From Eledone cirrhosa (Eukaryota), in contig CAXHJY010001477.1 in assembly GCA_964016885.1 (NCBI GenBank), positions 62,001-126,000 of the forward strand: a DNA stretch of 64,000 bases. Direction: 5' to 3'. Below are positions 1-13,265 of this stretch, one piece after another; position 1 is the first letter of the stretch; every line of letters starts with the position of its first letter. A program made the position numbers and the translations under genes. Below the pieces are notes generated by a model. That model saw only the letters and a list, made by a program, of their open reading frames with translations, was not told where the DNA came from and searched no databases.

Positions 1-3000
1 GGTGGAGTTGTCTTTCTGCTGCGAAAACACCTGGGCCTCGCCATACAGAAGGTGCACCTGGACCCGGAGGGTCGACTGGTGGTTTTAGACGTCGGCAGTA
101 GTGAAAGTGGAGCCCTTAGACTAATTGCTGTGTACGCCCCTTTTTGGGCAGCGCGGCCGGAATACTTCCAACGTCTGGAAACTTTTCTGGGAACATCCCG
201 CTCCTTGCTTTTAGTGGGGGACTGGAATGGTATCCTGGATGCACGTTGGGACTATGTAGGGGCATGTGCCAATAGAGGGGGGGGGGGGGGTGTAAAAGCC
301 TCAAAAGGTTAATCGGCCGATTTGACCTGGCCGATAGATATCGACTAGATTTTCCGACTGTACCACTATGGACGTGGACCAATCGCAGTGGAACATCTAG
401 GTCGTACCTAGATAGGGTCCTAGTTAGAGAGAAGGATAGGGACACATTTAGCTGTCCAAAAATGTTCATGGTTGACTATTCGGATTACAAGTTAGTGACC
501 TGCATAGCCAACCTTGATAGAACCCATACCCCGGTTACTGGAAGCTGAACTTGTCCTTACCGAGAAGCAAAGCTTACAGTAAACGGATTAGCACGTTAGT
601 TAAGCAGAGTTTGACAGGGGCAATTGTCAACAACAGGTGGTGGAGCTCTCTTAAGAGAGCAATTAGAATAGAATCGATAGGTTTTAGTCAGGAATTAGCA
701 AGGGATAGGAACAAGACGGAAAGGGAATTAGTAGATAGAGTAGAAGAGGCGATTAGGAGTGGCAATGTAGCCGGCGTGCTGGCATCAAGAATGGCTTTAG
801 ACCAGTTCTTTGAGGTGAAGCATGAAGGCTGCGTTGTCAGGAGTAAAATACGTGCTCTGGGTAATGAGGGAGCCAAAGCTGTGAGCTGGGCCCGAGTGAC
901 AGAGGCAAAAAGTGGGAACAAGTCCACGATTCGGTCTTTGAAGGACCAGGATGGGCGTGTGATCCTTGAACCTGGGCAGATGTGTGCGGCCTTTCAGCGG
1001 CACTTTGCACAACTGTTCGAGAGGGGCGGCGCGCCGGGTGAGACTATGGATTTCAATCCATACCTCGACGGTCTGCCGCGCCTTTCGGACGAGGAGGCGA
1101 AGTCCTGCGAAAGGACGATTTCAGCAGCTGAGATAGGGGTGGCGCTGAGCCAATGCGGCAAACGCAAATCCCCGGGTCTCGATGGTCTACCATACGAGCT
1201 ATATGTAGCGATGCCGGACTTGTTCTCCGATATCCTCGAAGCGGTCTACTGCAACTGGCAGCAGAACGGGAGAATTCCCAGTTCTGTGACCAAGGGCGTA
1301 ATTACGCTGGTGAGGAAGGATGAGAACAAGGGGGATGACATAAGTAACTTCAGGCCCATAACTCTGCTAAATACAGAGTTAAAGATTTTGGCCAAGGTGT
1401 TAGTGAAGAGGTTGGCGCTTGTCGTTTGAAACCTGGTGGGAGAAGCGCAGACATGCGCAATCCCGTCCAGGTCCATTCACGACAATCTCCACCTTATGCG
1501 ATACATCATAGAGAGGGTAGGGAATGAACCCGGCTTTGGTGGGGCCCTGATCAACTTGGATCAATCTAAAGCTTTCGATAGGGTTGACCATCGTTACCTG
1601 GATGCGGTGCTCGCGGCGGCAGGCTTCGGACCCGTTTTCAGGGGTTGGATTGCTGCGATGCACAGCAGCAACGTCTGCTCAAGGGTCAAGGTGAACGGCC
1701 ACCTCTCGGAGCCGTTCCAAATCATGAGATCCATCCGACAGGGATGCCCTCTCTCCTCCCTACTGTATGTTGCTGGCTCTTGAGCCACTACTGCGGAAGT
1801 TGGAGCGGTTGCAGGGCATCCCTTTAGAACCGGGATTGCAGAAAGCGGCGCCGGCCCACGCCGATGACGTGACAGTAATGGTGTCGAAAACCTCGCAAAT
1901 CGGTGAGATCGGCACCTTACTGGAGGAATATGAAAGGTTTACAGGAGCCAAGCTGAACCGGGACAAGTCCGTCGGTTTGCAACTCGGAACATGGAGAGGC
2001 AAACCGATGCCCTCCAACAACGTCGTCGGACGCTGGACGGAGGGCCCGGTGAAGCTGCTTGGGGTCTGGTTCGGACCAGACCTCCAGGTGGAGAAAAACT
2101 GGAACGAGGTAACGGCCAGGGTGTTTGCACTCACCCAGAAGTGGGCCCAGTGCAAACTATCCCTGAAAGGTCGAGCGGAGGTGGCGAATACTTATATAGC
2201 ATCCGTCATCTACTACCGCTTGACCGTCGTGCCTTGCTCAGTGAAAAGACTCGCCAAAATGGAGTGCGCGCTGTTCCAGTTTCTTTGGAACAAGTGGACC
2301 CCTTTGGTGAGGAGATCCATCTGCTGTCAACACCCTTCGAAAGGAGGGCTGGGGATGCCGTGGCTACAGATGCGTAAACACGCATTAAGGCTACGGCACC
2401 TCCAGGTATTCCTCACCGGTCAACCGGTGTGGGCCCCGTTTGTGAGGCGAGCCTTTCCCAGACTCGTCTCGCTCACCGAGCTGCAATCCTGGGTCAAGCA
2501 AAGACCGAGAAAAGTGGGCGACTGGCACATTGAATGTGCCCAGGCGCTCACGGCCCTCTGGAAAGCGGACCCGGCAATCAGTGGAGACTCCACCTCGACA
2601 TTCTATAGAGGGTTGGTACGCAGCAGGTGCGACGATGCTCTCGGGGAAGCTCTAGGCATGGAGGAAGATGAACTGGCCAGTCTGTTCGGTAGGACGTTTG
2701 GCCCTGGACCGATGGACAACTTCCAAAAGTCCCTGGCTTGGCAGTGCTACCGAGGGGCTCTACCCGTTCGAGACAAGCTCCACAGGCATGGGAGCCTGGG
2801 TAGAGATCCTTTGAATAAGATCTGTCCGAGATGCGTGCATGATGACGAAACCGTTGCGCACGCATTCGTACACTGCCCAGGCATTGCTGACCTGTGGGGC
2901 TATGTGGAACGACTACTGTCGAGGGTGGGACCAATCCGGTTGACCACCGAGTCCATTGTCACGATCAAACCGCCTCCCCCTTTCAAAAACGAAGGAGAGG

Positions 3001-3239
3001 CGGTTTTTCTCTGTGTGATAGCCATGGCTAAAGAAGTTGTATGGTGGACGAGGCTGAAAGGGCTGAGGTCAGACACCTTTCTCTCCGGCCAACAACTGGT
3101 CCCCTTTTTCAAATACCATTTTAAAAGAAGGATCAGAATGGAGAGAGAGGTGCTCTACCCCAGCAAGTTTTATGAAAGGTGGGTGAAAGTAGGGAGAATG
3201 GCCAGAGTGAATGGGTCTTCTCTCTATATCAGCCTGTAG
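1..3239 (+). pseudogene. Tx1 copy A ORF2 (APE endonuclease-reverse transcriptase-CCHC), disrupted
   Basis: Motifs VYAP, VGDWN, SPGLDG, FRPITLLN, DQSKAFD, QGCPLS, HADD (for YADD) and CPRC..ETVAH..HC. Lesions: G14 frameshift near 277-290, net 7-bp deletion near 528, TGA at 1427-1429, 1-bp insertion near 1770. Confidence 0.92.
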
Positions 3240-3474
3240 GTGAAAGAAGAGGAAAAAGAGGAGACGAGGGAAGCACCTACTCTTTGTGCTCCTGAGGAGA
3301 AGGGTTGCACATTTTTTCCGGGGTGTGTGCGACCCATGTTAATGCCCCCTCCCTATTGAGGACTTCGTTTGTTGTTGTTATTTCATTGTTATATTTTTGT
3401 ACTCGTTAATTATATGTAAACTTCCCCCCTTGTATCTGTCCCTACCTTTTGTGCCCTAGTGGCAAATAAAGAAA
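1..3474 (+). mobile_element. L1/Tx1-clade non-LTR retrotransposon, copy A (5' part lies outside the window)
   Basis: Carries APE and RT ORF2 remnants, a 3'UTR and an AATAAAGAAA terminus (3465-3474). Near-identical to the copies at 4523, 35913 and 41721. Confidence 0.93.
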
Positions 3475-4522
3475 CCACTCTATATATACTATTGTATTTT
3501 CACAGTAAAGGCATTACCTCACATAACATTTACATTACTCTATATTTACTGTTGTATTTTCACAGTAAAGGCTTTACCTCACATAATATCTCACATAACA
3601 TTTACATTACTCTATATATACTATTGTATTTTCTCAGTAAAGGCTTTACCTCACATACCATTTACATTACTTTATATATACTATTGTATTTTCATATTTT
3701 CATGGTAAAGGCTTTACCTCACATAATATCTCACATAACATTTACATTACTCTATATTTACTATTGTATTTTCACAGTAAAGGCTTTACCTCACATAATA
3801 TCCCACATAACATTTACATTACTCTATATTTACTATTGTATTTTCACAGTAAAGGCTTTACCTCACATAATATCTCACATAACATTTACATTACTCTATA
3901 TATACTATTGTATTTTCACAGTAAAGGCTTTACTTCACATAATATCTCACATAACATTTACATCACTCTATATAAACTATTGTATTTTCACAGTAAAGGC
4001 TTTACCTCACATAACATTTACATTACTCTATATATACTATTGTATTTTCACAGTAAAGGTTTTACTTCACATAGTATCTCACATAACATTTACATTACTC
4101 TATATATACTATTGTATTTTCACAGTAAAGGCTTTACCTCACATAATACCTCACATAACATTTACATTACTCTATATATACCATTGTATTTTCACAGTAA
4201 AGGCTTTACCTCACATAATATCTCACATAACATTTACATTACTCTATAAATACTATTGTATTTTCACAGTAAAGGTTTTACCTCACATAGTATCTCACAT
4301 AACATTTACATTACTCTATATATACTATTGTATTTTCTAATTAAAGGCTTTACCTCACATAATTACCTCACATAACATTTACATTACTAAATATAGACTT
4401 TTGTATTTTCACGGTAAAGCATTTACCTTACATAATATCTCACATAACAATTATATTACTCAATATATACTATTGTATTTTCACAGTAAAGGCTTTACCT
4501 CACATAATATCTCACATAACAT
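3475..4522. repeat. 72-bp satellite array (with 60-bp variant units)
   Basis: Unit TTACTCTATATATACTATTGTATTTTCACAGTAAAGGCTTTACCTCACATAATATCTCACATAACATTTACA. The 60-bp units lack one internal 12-mer. Confidence 0.97.
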
Positions 4523-4732
4523 CTCGTATACGAGAGACGTGTGTTGACGTGTGTGAACAAGCTCGGCTACCGAGTTGGATTTACTTACTCAAAAGTGAGT
4601 TTTGATTAATTTTTTTATACTGTAATATACATTAACCCCTTGCCTGGGTCGTCAAACTTTGAGTTTATTTATTTTCGCCCCTTTTTGGAGGGAAATTTCT
4701 TTTCAAAAATTTATTACGGCAAACTGATAGAA

Positions 4733-6025
4733 ATGGACGGAATTTTCACATCTCATCCTAACGAGAAAGCTACGCCCCCTAAGAAAGGTGATACAGAGAA
4801 GCTAGAAGCACAAGGCTCTAAGTCTTCCCTCCTCACTTCTGCAAAAGAAACATGGAACACGGAATTAAAAGAAAAATTTGTAAAAATGGGTGAAAACCCA
4901 GAAAGTCACATAAACGCAGACAAAAACAACGCAGACAATAACAGCACGATCAACAACAGCAATAGTCACAACACCAACCAAGGAAAAAATAACGATAACA
5001 CCAAACAAAGCGAACCCACTACTGGTGCCTCCTTCGCACAGGCGGTCCGAAAAACACAGACCTGCAAGCAACTGGACATTACAACTCTGAGAGAAAAGAT
5101 GAAGGAAGCAAAACAGTATGTAACATTCAAAGAAGGAGGAGACTTCATAATCACCTCCCCACAAGAAATCAAAAGAGACACGACACTAAGAACGATATCT
5201 TTCAGAACAATTTCCAACATAACAAGGAAACCAGCTCAATTATCCCCAAAAGAAATTGAGCTGGTCCTAAAAATGTGTGGAGTGATATATCGTTCATACA
5301 AAAAGGGCCACTCTATGGGAATATAACGGTGCTAATGAAGGATCAATTGACGGCCAGGAAATACTGTGTGTCGCCAATTGTTTCCAAGCTACACACATTT
5401 TTCCCCACATATTTGGGGAAAAGAACGCAGAAAATAAGAGTCTCCGGAATCCGGCCAAATGCATGCATTTCCCTGGTACTAACAGGATTTTTAGAAGACG
5501 AGGACGGAATCCTCTCAGTAGGAGAAGTCACCACAGACGTTTCGGCGGTTTGAGCGTGGAGGTTCTGGTCCAAATGAGACCAGAACGAATAGCTAGAATA
5601 CCACAGAGGGTGTCCCTCGATGGAGAAACATTTATATACATTTCAGCCAAGGGTAGGAGGCCCATATGTTACTACTGTTCAAGCAGGGGTCATCTAAGGG
5701 CTGCCTGTCCTCAATTGACAAAAAAAAGGCTCTTTTGCCTACCCCCCACACACCACCACCGCAATTATTTGCAAGCGCGGCCAACAAACCGCATTTAAAA
5801 ATGATAAGACTCCCAATGGACACCTATGCAAAACTAAGAGAGAACTTTCCTGAGGACGTGGGGGAAACATGTTCCCAACCCTATAACCGCGTCCTCTTGA
5901 AACGTTTCCCCACCCACACATCACCAAACACCCCCACCCCACCACAGAACAACACCCCATCAAACAACCCCTCCAATACGCCCATGGATATTGTGCAACC
6001 TGCTCCTCAGGAGCCGAACAGGTAG
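4733..6025 (+). pseudogene. Tx1 copy B ORF1 (gag-like, CX2CX4HX4C zinc knuckle), frameshifted
   Basis: Starts MDGIFTSH, contains CYYCSSRGHLRAAC and ends APQEPNR*. Split across ORFs 4640, 5275, 5463 and 5666. Confidence 0.88.
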
Positions 6026-6046
6026 GTCCTTCCTCTTTTAACCAAC

Positions 6047-8825
6047 ATGGCTGATATAAGAGTTGGGTGTCTGAATGTACGCGGCCTGGGACTGTCTTGG
6101 AAACAAGGCAAACTTTTAAACGATCTCAGGTCGCATAGAATGGAGGTAATGGCTATTTGCGAGTCCAGGATCAGCAGCGAGCGCCAACTGGCGCCCCTCT
6201 TCGACGACTTTGAGATCTTCGCATCTCTCTGTCAACGGGGGTGGGGGTGGTGGAGTTGTCGTTCTGCTGCGAAAACACCTGGGCCTCGCCATACAGAAGG
6301 TGCACCTGGACCCGGAGGGTCGACTGGTGGTTTTAGACATCGGCAGTAGTGAAAGTGGAGCCCTTAGACTAATTGCCTGTGTACGCCCCTTTTTGGGCAG
6401 CGCGGCCGGACTACTTCCAACGTCTGGAAACTTTTCTGGGAACGTCCCGCTCCTTGCTTTTAGTGGGGGACTGGAATGGTATCCTGGATGCACGTTGGGA
6501 CTATGTAGGGGCATGTGCCAATAGAGGGGGTGTAAAAGCCTCAAAAGGTTAATCGGCCGATTTGACCTGGCCGATAGATATCGACTAGATTTTCCAACTG
6601 TACCACTATGGACGTGGACCAATCGCAGCGGAACATCTAGGTCGTACCTAGATAGGGTCCTAGTTAGAGAGAAGGATAGGGACACATTTAGCTGTCCAAA
6701 AATATTCATGGTTGACTATTCGGATCACAAGTTAGTGACCTGCATAGCCACCTTGATAGAACCCATAGACAGGGACCCGGTTACTGGAAGCTGAACTTGT
6801 CCTTACCGAGAAGCAAAGCTTACAGTAAACGTATTAGCACGTTAGTTAAGCAGAGTTTGACAGGGGCAACTGTCAACAACAGGTGGTGGAGCTCTCTTAA
6901 GAGAGCAATTAGAATAGAATCGATAGGTTTTAGTCAGGAATTAGCAAGGGATAGGAACAAGATGGAAAGGGAATTAGTAGATAGAGTAGAAGAGGTGATT
7001 AGGAGTGGCAATGTAGTCAGCGTGCTGGCATCAAGAATGGCCTTAGACCAGTTCTTTGAGGTGAAGCACGAGGGCTGCGTTGTCAGGAGTAAAATACGTG
7101 CTCTGGGTAATGAGGGAGCCAAAGCTGTTAGCTGGGCCCGAGTGACAGAGGCATAAAGTGTGAACAAGTCCACGATTCGGTCTTTGAAGGACCGGGATGG
7201 GCGTGTGATCCTTGAACCTGGGCAGATGTGTGCGGCCTTTCAGCGGCACTTTGCACAACTGTTCGGGAGGGGGGCAGAGCCGGCTGAGACTATGGATTTC
7301 AATCCATACCTCGACGGTCTGCCACGCCTCTCGGACGGGGAGGCGAAGTACTGCGAAAGGCCGATTTCAGCTGCTGAGATAGGGGCGGCGCTGAGCCAGT
7401 GCGGCATACGCAAATCCCCGGGTCTCGATCGTCTACCATACGAGCTATATGTAGCGATGCCGGACTTTTTCTCCGATATCCTCGAAGCGGTCGACTGCAA
7501 CTGGCAGCAGAACGGGAGAATTCCCAGTTCTGTGACCAAGGGCGTAGTTACGCTGGTGAGGAAGGATGAGAACAAGGGGGGTGACATAAGTAACTTCAGG
7601 CCCATAACTCTGCTAAATACAGAGTTAAAGATTTTGGCCAAGGTGTTAGCGAAGAGGTTGGCGCTTGACCTCGGAAACCTGGTGGGAGAAGCGCAGACAA
7701 GCACAATCCCGTCCAGGTACATTCACGACAATCTCCACCTTATGCGATACATCATAGAGAGGGTAGGGAATGAACCCGGCTTTCGATAGGGTTGACCATC
7801 GTTACCTGGATGCGGTGCTCGCGGCGGCAGGCTTCGGACCCGTTTTCAGGGGTTGGATTGCTGCGATGCACAGCAGCAACGTCTGCTCAAGGGTCAAGGT
7901 GAACGGCCACCTCTCGGAGCCGTTCCTAATCATGCGATCCATCCGACAGGGATGCCCTCTCTCCTCCCTTCTGTATGTGCTGGCTCATGAGCCACTACTG
8001 CGGAAGTTGGAGCGGTTGCAGGGCATCCCTTTGGAACCGGGATTGCAGAAAGCGGCGTCGGCCTACGCCGATGACGTGACAATAATGGTGTCGAGAACCT
8101 CGCAAATTGGCGAGATCGGCACCTTACTGGAGGAATATGAAAGGTTTACAGGAGCCAAGCTGAACCGGGATAAGTCCGTCGGTTTGCAACTCGGAACATG
8201 GAGAGGCAAACCGATGCCCTCCAACGACGTCGTCGGACGCTGGACGGATGGCCCGGTGAAGCTGCTTGGGGTCTGGTTCGGACCAGACCTCCAGGTGGAG
8301 AAAAACTGGAACGAGGTAACGGCCAGGGTGTTTGCACTCACCCAGAACTGGGCCCAGTGCAAGCTCCACAGGCATGGGAGCCTGGGTAGGGATCCTTTGA
8401 ATAATATCTGTCCGAGATGCGTGCATGACGACGAAACCGTTGCGCACGCATTCATACACTGCCCAGGCATTGCTGACCTGTGGGGCTATGTGGAACGACT
8501 ACTGTCGAGGGTGGGACCAATCCGGTTGACCACCGAGTCCATTGTCACGATCAAACCGCCTCCCCCTTTCAAAAACGAAAGAGAGGCGGTTTTTCTCTGT
8601 GTGATAGCCATGGCTAAAGAAGTTGTATGGTGGACGAGGCTGAAAGGGCTGAGGTCAGACACCTTTCTCTCCGGCCAACAACTGGTCCCCTTTTTCAAAT
8701 ATCATTTTAAAAGAAGGATCAGAATGGAGAGAGAGGTGCTCTACCCCAGCAATTTTTATGAAAGGTGGGTGAAAGTAGGGAGAATGGCCAGAGTGAATGG
8801 GTCTTCTCTCTATATCAGCCTGTAG
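6047..8825 (+). pseudogene. Tx1 copy B ORF2 (APE-RT), frameshifted and deleted
   Basis: MADIRVGCLNVRG start and YADD are present. It has several frameshifts, a stop near 7156 and an in-frame 621-bp deletion at 8360-8362. Confidence 0.92.
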
Positions 8826-9060
8826 GTGAAAGAAGAAGAAAAAGAGGAGACGAGGGAAGCACCTACTCTCTGTGCTCCCGAGGAGAAGGGTTGCACATTT
8901 TTTCCGGGGTGTGTGCGCCCCATGTTAATGCCCCCTCCCTATTGAGGACTTCGTTTGTTGTTGTTATTTCATTGTTATATTTTTGTACTCGTTAATTATA
9001 TGTAAACTTCCTCCCTTGTATCTGTCCCTACCTTTTGTGCCCTGTTGGCAAATAAAGAAA

Positions 9061-9922
9061 TTACTCTATATATACTATTGTACTGTCATAGTAAAGGGTT
9101 TACCTCACATAACATTCAAATTACTCTATATATACTATTGTATTTTCACAGTAAAGGCTTTACCTCACATAATATCTCACATAACATTTACATTACTCTA
9201 TATATACTATTGTATTTTCACTGTAAAGGCTTTACCTCACATAATATCTCACATAACATTTACATTACTCTATATATACTATTGTATTTTCACAATAAAG
9301 GCTTTACCTCACATAATATCTCATATAGCATTTACATTACTCTATATATACTATTGTATTTTCACTGTCAAGGCTTTACCTCACATACTATCTCACATAA
9401 CATTTACATTACTCTATATATACTATTGTATTTTCACTGTCAAGGCTTTACCTCACATAATATCTCACATAACATTTACATTACTCTATATATACTATTG
9501 TATTTTCACAGTAAAGGCTTTACCTCACATAATATCTCACATAGCATTTATATTACTCTATATATACTATCGTATTTTCACAGTAAAGGCTTTACCTCAC
9601 ATAATATCTCACATAACATTTACATTACTCTATATATACTATTGTATTTTCACTGTCAAGGCTTTACCTCACATAATATCTCACATAACATTTATATTAC
9701 TCTATATATACTATTGTATTTTCACTGTAAAGGCTTTACCTCACATAACATCTCACATAACATTTACATTATTCTATATATACTATTGTATTTTCACTGT
9801 AAAGTCTTTACCTCACATAATATCTCACATAACATTTACATTACTCTATATATACTATTGTATTTTCACAGTAAAGGCTTTACCTCACATAATATCTCAC
9901 ATAACATTTACATTACTCTATA
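9061..9922. repeat. 72-bp satellite array
   Basis: About 12 units of the same unit as 3475-4522. Interrupted at TTACTCTATA| by an RTE element. Confidence 0.97.
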
Positions 9923-12900
9923 AATGCTTGAACGTAAGGAGGTTGATGTTTGCTGTATCCAAGAGACCAGGTGGAGGGGCGGGTCTGCTAGATTCATTGT
10001 GGGTAAAAAACGTTGCTATAAGCTTTTCTGGGTGGGGAATGACAATGGGATAGGTGGGGTAGGAATCATGTTAGCAGAAAAATGGGTGGATAAGATAATA
10101 GATGTAAATAGTGTGAATGACAGATTATTAAAATAAGACTTGTCCTCAATAGAACTACTGTGACAATAATATCTGCATATGCGCCCCAATCCGGACTGCC
10201 TGGCACTATAAAAGACAGATTCTATGAGACACTGATGCTCAGTACCTCCCAAATAACCGACAGTGACTATATAATTATTGCTGGTGACCTAAATGGTCAC
10301 GTTGGACAACATTGTGACGGCTATGACGGAATCCACGGAGGCTATGGGTTTGGTACTAGAAATGAGGAAGGCTCCAGAATCCTGGAATTCTGTGATGCAA
10401 ATAATCTAACTATCTGTAACACTAACTTCAAAAAACGAGACAATCACTTGATCACCTACAGATCAGGAGAACATACCAGCCAGGTAGATTATATCCTTAC
10501 CAGAAGACGTGACAAAGTGTCTGTTGTAAACACTAAATCCCTCCCCCATGAAGAATGCACCTCCCAACATAGACTGATAATTAGCGACCTCATAGTCAGG
10601 ACGAGACGTACTAGACAGCAGAAGAGGATTATCCTCAGGAGAAAAATATGGAAGCTAAAGGATCCCACAGCCAGAAATAAATTTCAAGTCATATTACTTG
10701 ATGCTTTCGACAGTAAGGAAGAGCAATTAGAGTCGTACAATATAGAGGAACAGTGGGAATTCCTGAAAGCAAACCTGCTGATGGTGGCAGACGAAGTCTG
10801 TGACTGGAGCAGGCCTGTAGGCAGGAGGAGAGTAACGTGGTGGTGGAACAGTAAGGTGGAGGGGTCAATCAAGGCCAAAAAGCAGGCTTGGAAAGCATGG
10901 CGGGATGGGGGAAGTAGAGAAGACTATCAAGTGGCCAGGAGGGAAGCTAGGAGACAAGTGTACTTCGCAAGAAGGGAAGCAGAGGAAAGAAAGTTCAAAC
11001 ATGTTCTACAACGCGAGGACCAAAAACGTGAGGTGTTCAGGATTGCTAGGCAATGTGTCAAGGAAAACCGTGATATTGTCGGGGAGAAGTGTGTACTTAA
11101 CGATGATGGCGTACTTGCCATCACTGACGCTGATAAGAAGGTAGCTTGGAAATGTCACTACGAAAGGCTACTAAATGAGGAGAATAAATGGGAGAAAGAC
11201 AGTCTCGCCACATCGACCCAATAGAGGGACCAGCAGTGTTAGTCGAAGGTAGTATAATAAGTAAGGCAATCAAAGATATGAAGACGGGTAAGGCGGCTGG
11301 GCCTTCGGAAATAGTTGCTGAGATGCTGAAAGCCTCCGGTACGGTGGGGCACACCATGGTCACCCGGATAGTAAACCAAGTCATACAGAATGGGGTTGTT
11401 CCGAAGCAGCATCATCGTTAACTGTTACAAGGGTAAAGGAGATGCCCTAGATAGGAGTAACTATAGAGGCATTAAATTAATCGACCAGGTCATGAAGGTC
11501 ACGGAAAAAGTAATAGCGGAACTAATCAGAGAGAGAATTGATCTAGATGAAATGCAGTTCGGGTTTGTGTCAGGCAAAAGTACCACAGACGCTCTTTTCA
11601 TTGTACGACAACTACAGGAGAAGGACCTAGCTAAAAGTAAACCCCTATACTTAGCTTTTGTCGACTTGGAGAAAGCCTTCGACAGAGTCCCCCGTTCCAT
11701 TATCTGGTGGGCTCTTAGAAAACTAGGTGTTGACGAATGGCTTGTGAGAGCCATACAAGCCATGTATAAAGAAACAGTCAGCAAGGTTAGAATTAACAAC
11801 GAATATAGTGAAGAGTTTAGCGTAAAAGTTGGTGTCCATCAGGGCTCTGTTCTTAGCCCCCTACTATTTATTATTGCCCTTCAGGCTATAACAGAGGAGT
11901 TCAAGACCGGCTGCCCATGGGAACTCCTATATGCAGATGATCTAACGCTCATAGCTGAATCAATGGCCGAGCTAGAGAAGAAATTCCAAACATGGAAGCA
12001 CGGCCTAGAATCAAAAGGCCTTAAAATTAACCTGGCTAAGACTAAAGTTCTAGTTTGTAGGAAAGAAAATAAGGCGCCGGTCCCCTCCAGGAAATGGCCA
12101 TGCTCAGTGTGTAGGAAAGGCGTAGGTAGAAACTCCATTTTATGTCCCAAATGCAAAGTATGGGTGCATAAAAGATGTAGTGGGATCACAGGTAAGCTAA
12201 CTAAGAACACAGATTTTACATGTGGCCGGTGCTCTGGTGCAATAAGTAGCAGCAAGTGCTCACAAAATACTAACTCTTTCAATTGCGCAGAGGGTTCTAT
12301 AGAAATAGTGGACAGCTTCCGTTACCTGGGTGACAAAATCAGCAGTGGAGGAGGGTGCTCTGAAAGTACAGTAGCTAGAGTCAGAACTGGATGGAAAAAG
12401 TTCAGAGAGCTTATACCACTATTAGCCGCTAAAGGGTTCTCCCTAAAAATGAAAGGCAGGTTGTATGATACCTGCATACGAACAGCAATGTTGCATGGCA
12501 GTGAGACCTAGGCATTGTGTGCAGAGGATATACGCAGACTAGAGAGGAACGAAGCTTGCATGCTCTGCTGGATGTGTAATAGTAATATACGTGAACGGCA
12601 AAGCATAAATGAACTAAGGAAAAAATTAGAAATAAGAGGGATCAGATGTTGTTTACTCGAGAGAAGGCTACGTTGGTATGGTCACATGATGCGCATGAAA
12701 GACGACAGCTGTATAAAAAAGTGCAGGGCAATAAAGATAGATGGTAGCCACGGAGTAGGCAGACCCAGGAAAACCTGGGACGAGCTGATAAATTCCGACC
12801 TCACACACTTACACCTCTCCAAGACAATGTCACTGGACCGAGACCTTTGGCGGTACTCAGTAACAGAGAAGACCCGCCTTACCTAAATACAAAGTAAAAC

Positions 12901-13265
12901 CTACTAGTCAGTAGGCATCTCTAACAAAATACACCCCCGTCCCACCCCATCCACACCGCCCCCTTCAATGCAAAGTTATGTTGGTGCCACAACATCCAGG
13001 CCGAAACAAATGAGATCGTGTAGGTGTCACGACAAAAAACACACAGTCCACGCTGTAATGTGGCCGTGTAGGCAACACGGTAAAAACCTCCCAGTCTCAC
13101 TCTGTAAATGTGGTTGGTGTTAGGAAGGGCATCCAACTGTAGAAAACCTGCCAGACAGTCCTATGCGAGCAAGACAACCACTCTTGCCTCAAGTGGGAAA
13201 ACCCCCGTCCAAACCCATGCAAGCATGGAACAGGGACGTTAAACAATGATGATGATGATGATGAT
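9923..13265 (+). mobile_element. RTE-clade LINE, slightly 5'-truncated, inserted in the 72-bp satellite
   Basis: APE (VCCIQETRW, SAYAPQ, AGDLNGHVG, SQVDYIL, SQH), RT (YRGIKL, DLEKAFD, HQGSVLSP, YADD), RTE-type C-terminus (RRLRWYGH, GRPRKTW) and a GGACGTTAAAC(A/G)ATGATGAT tail. Confidence 0.93.
9924..12886 (+). pseudogene. RTE ORF (APE-RT with inserted PHD-type finger), disrupted
   Basis: Pieces at 9924, 10160, 11188, 11390 and 12515. PHD-like segment CSVC..CPKC..H..C..CGRC near 12100-12235. TAG stop at 12509-12511. Confidence 0.9.

Larger units (their letters stand above)
4523..9060 (+). mobile_element. L1/Tx1-clade LINE, copy B (both ends present, internally deleted)
   Basis: Starts CTCGTATACGAGAGACGTG and ends GCAAATAAAGAAA. 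Relative to copy C it has deletions of 462 bp (ORF1), 38 bp and 621 bp (ORF2). Confidence 0.94.

Noticed and set aside
4631-4642. TTAACCCCT in the Tx1 5'UTR as a piggyBac terminus
   Set aside because: The match is only 7-8 bp, has no partner, and is an integral part of every Tx1 copy.
3475-9922. Satellite blocks flanking Tx1 read as LTRs
   Set aside because: They vary in unit number and lack TG..CA ends, PBS and PPT. The element encodes APE-RT with no integrase.
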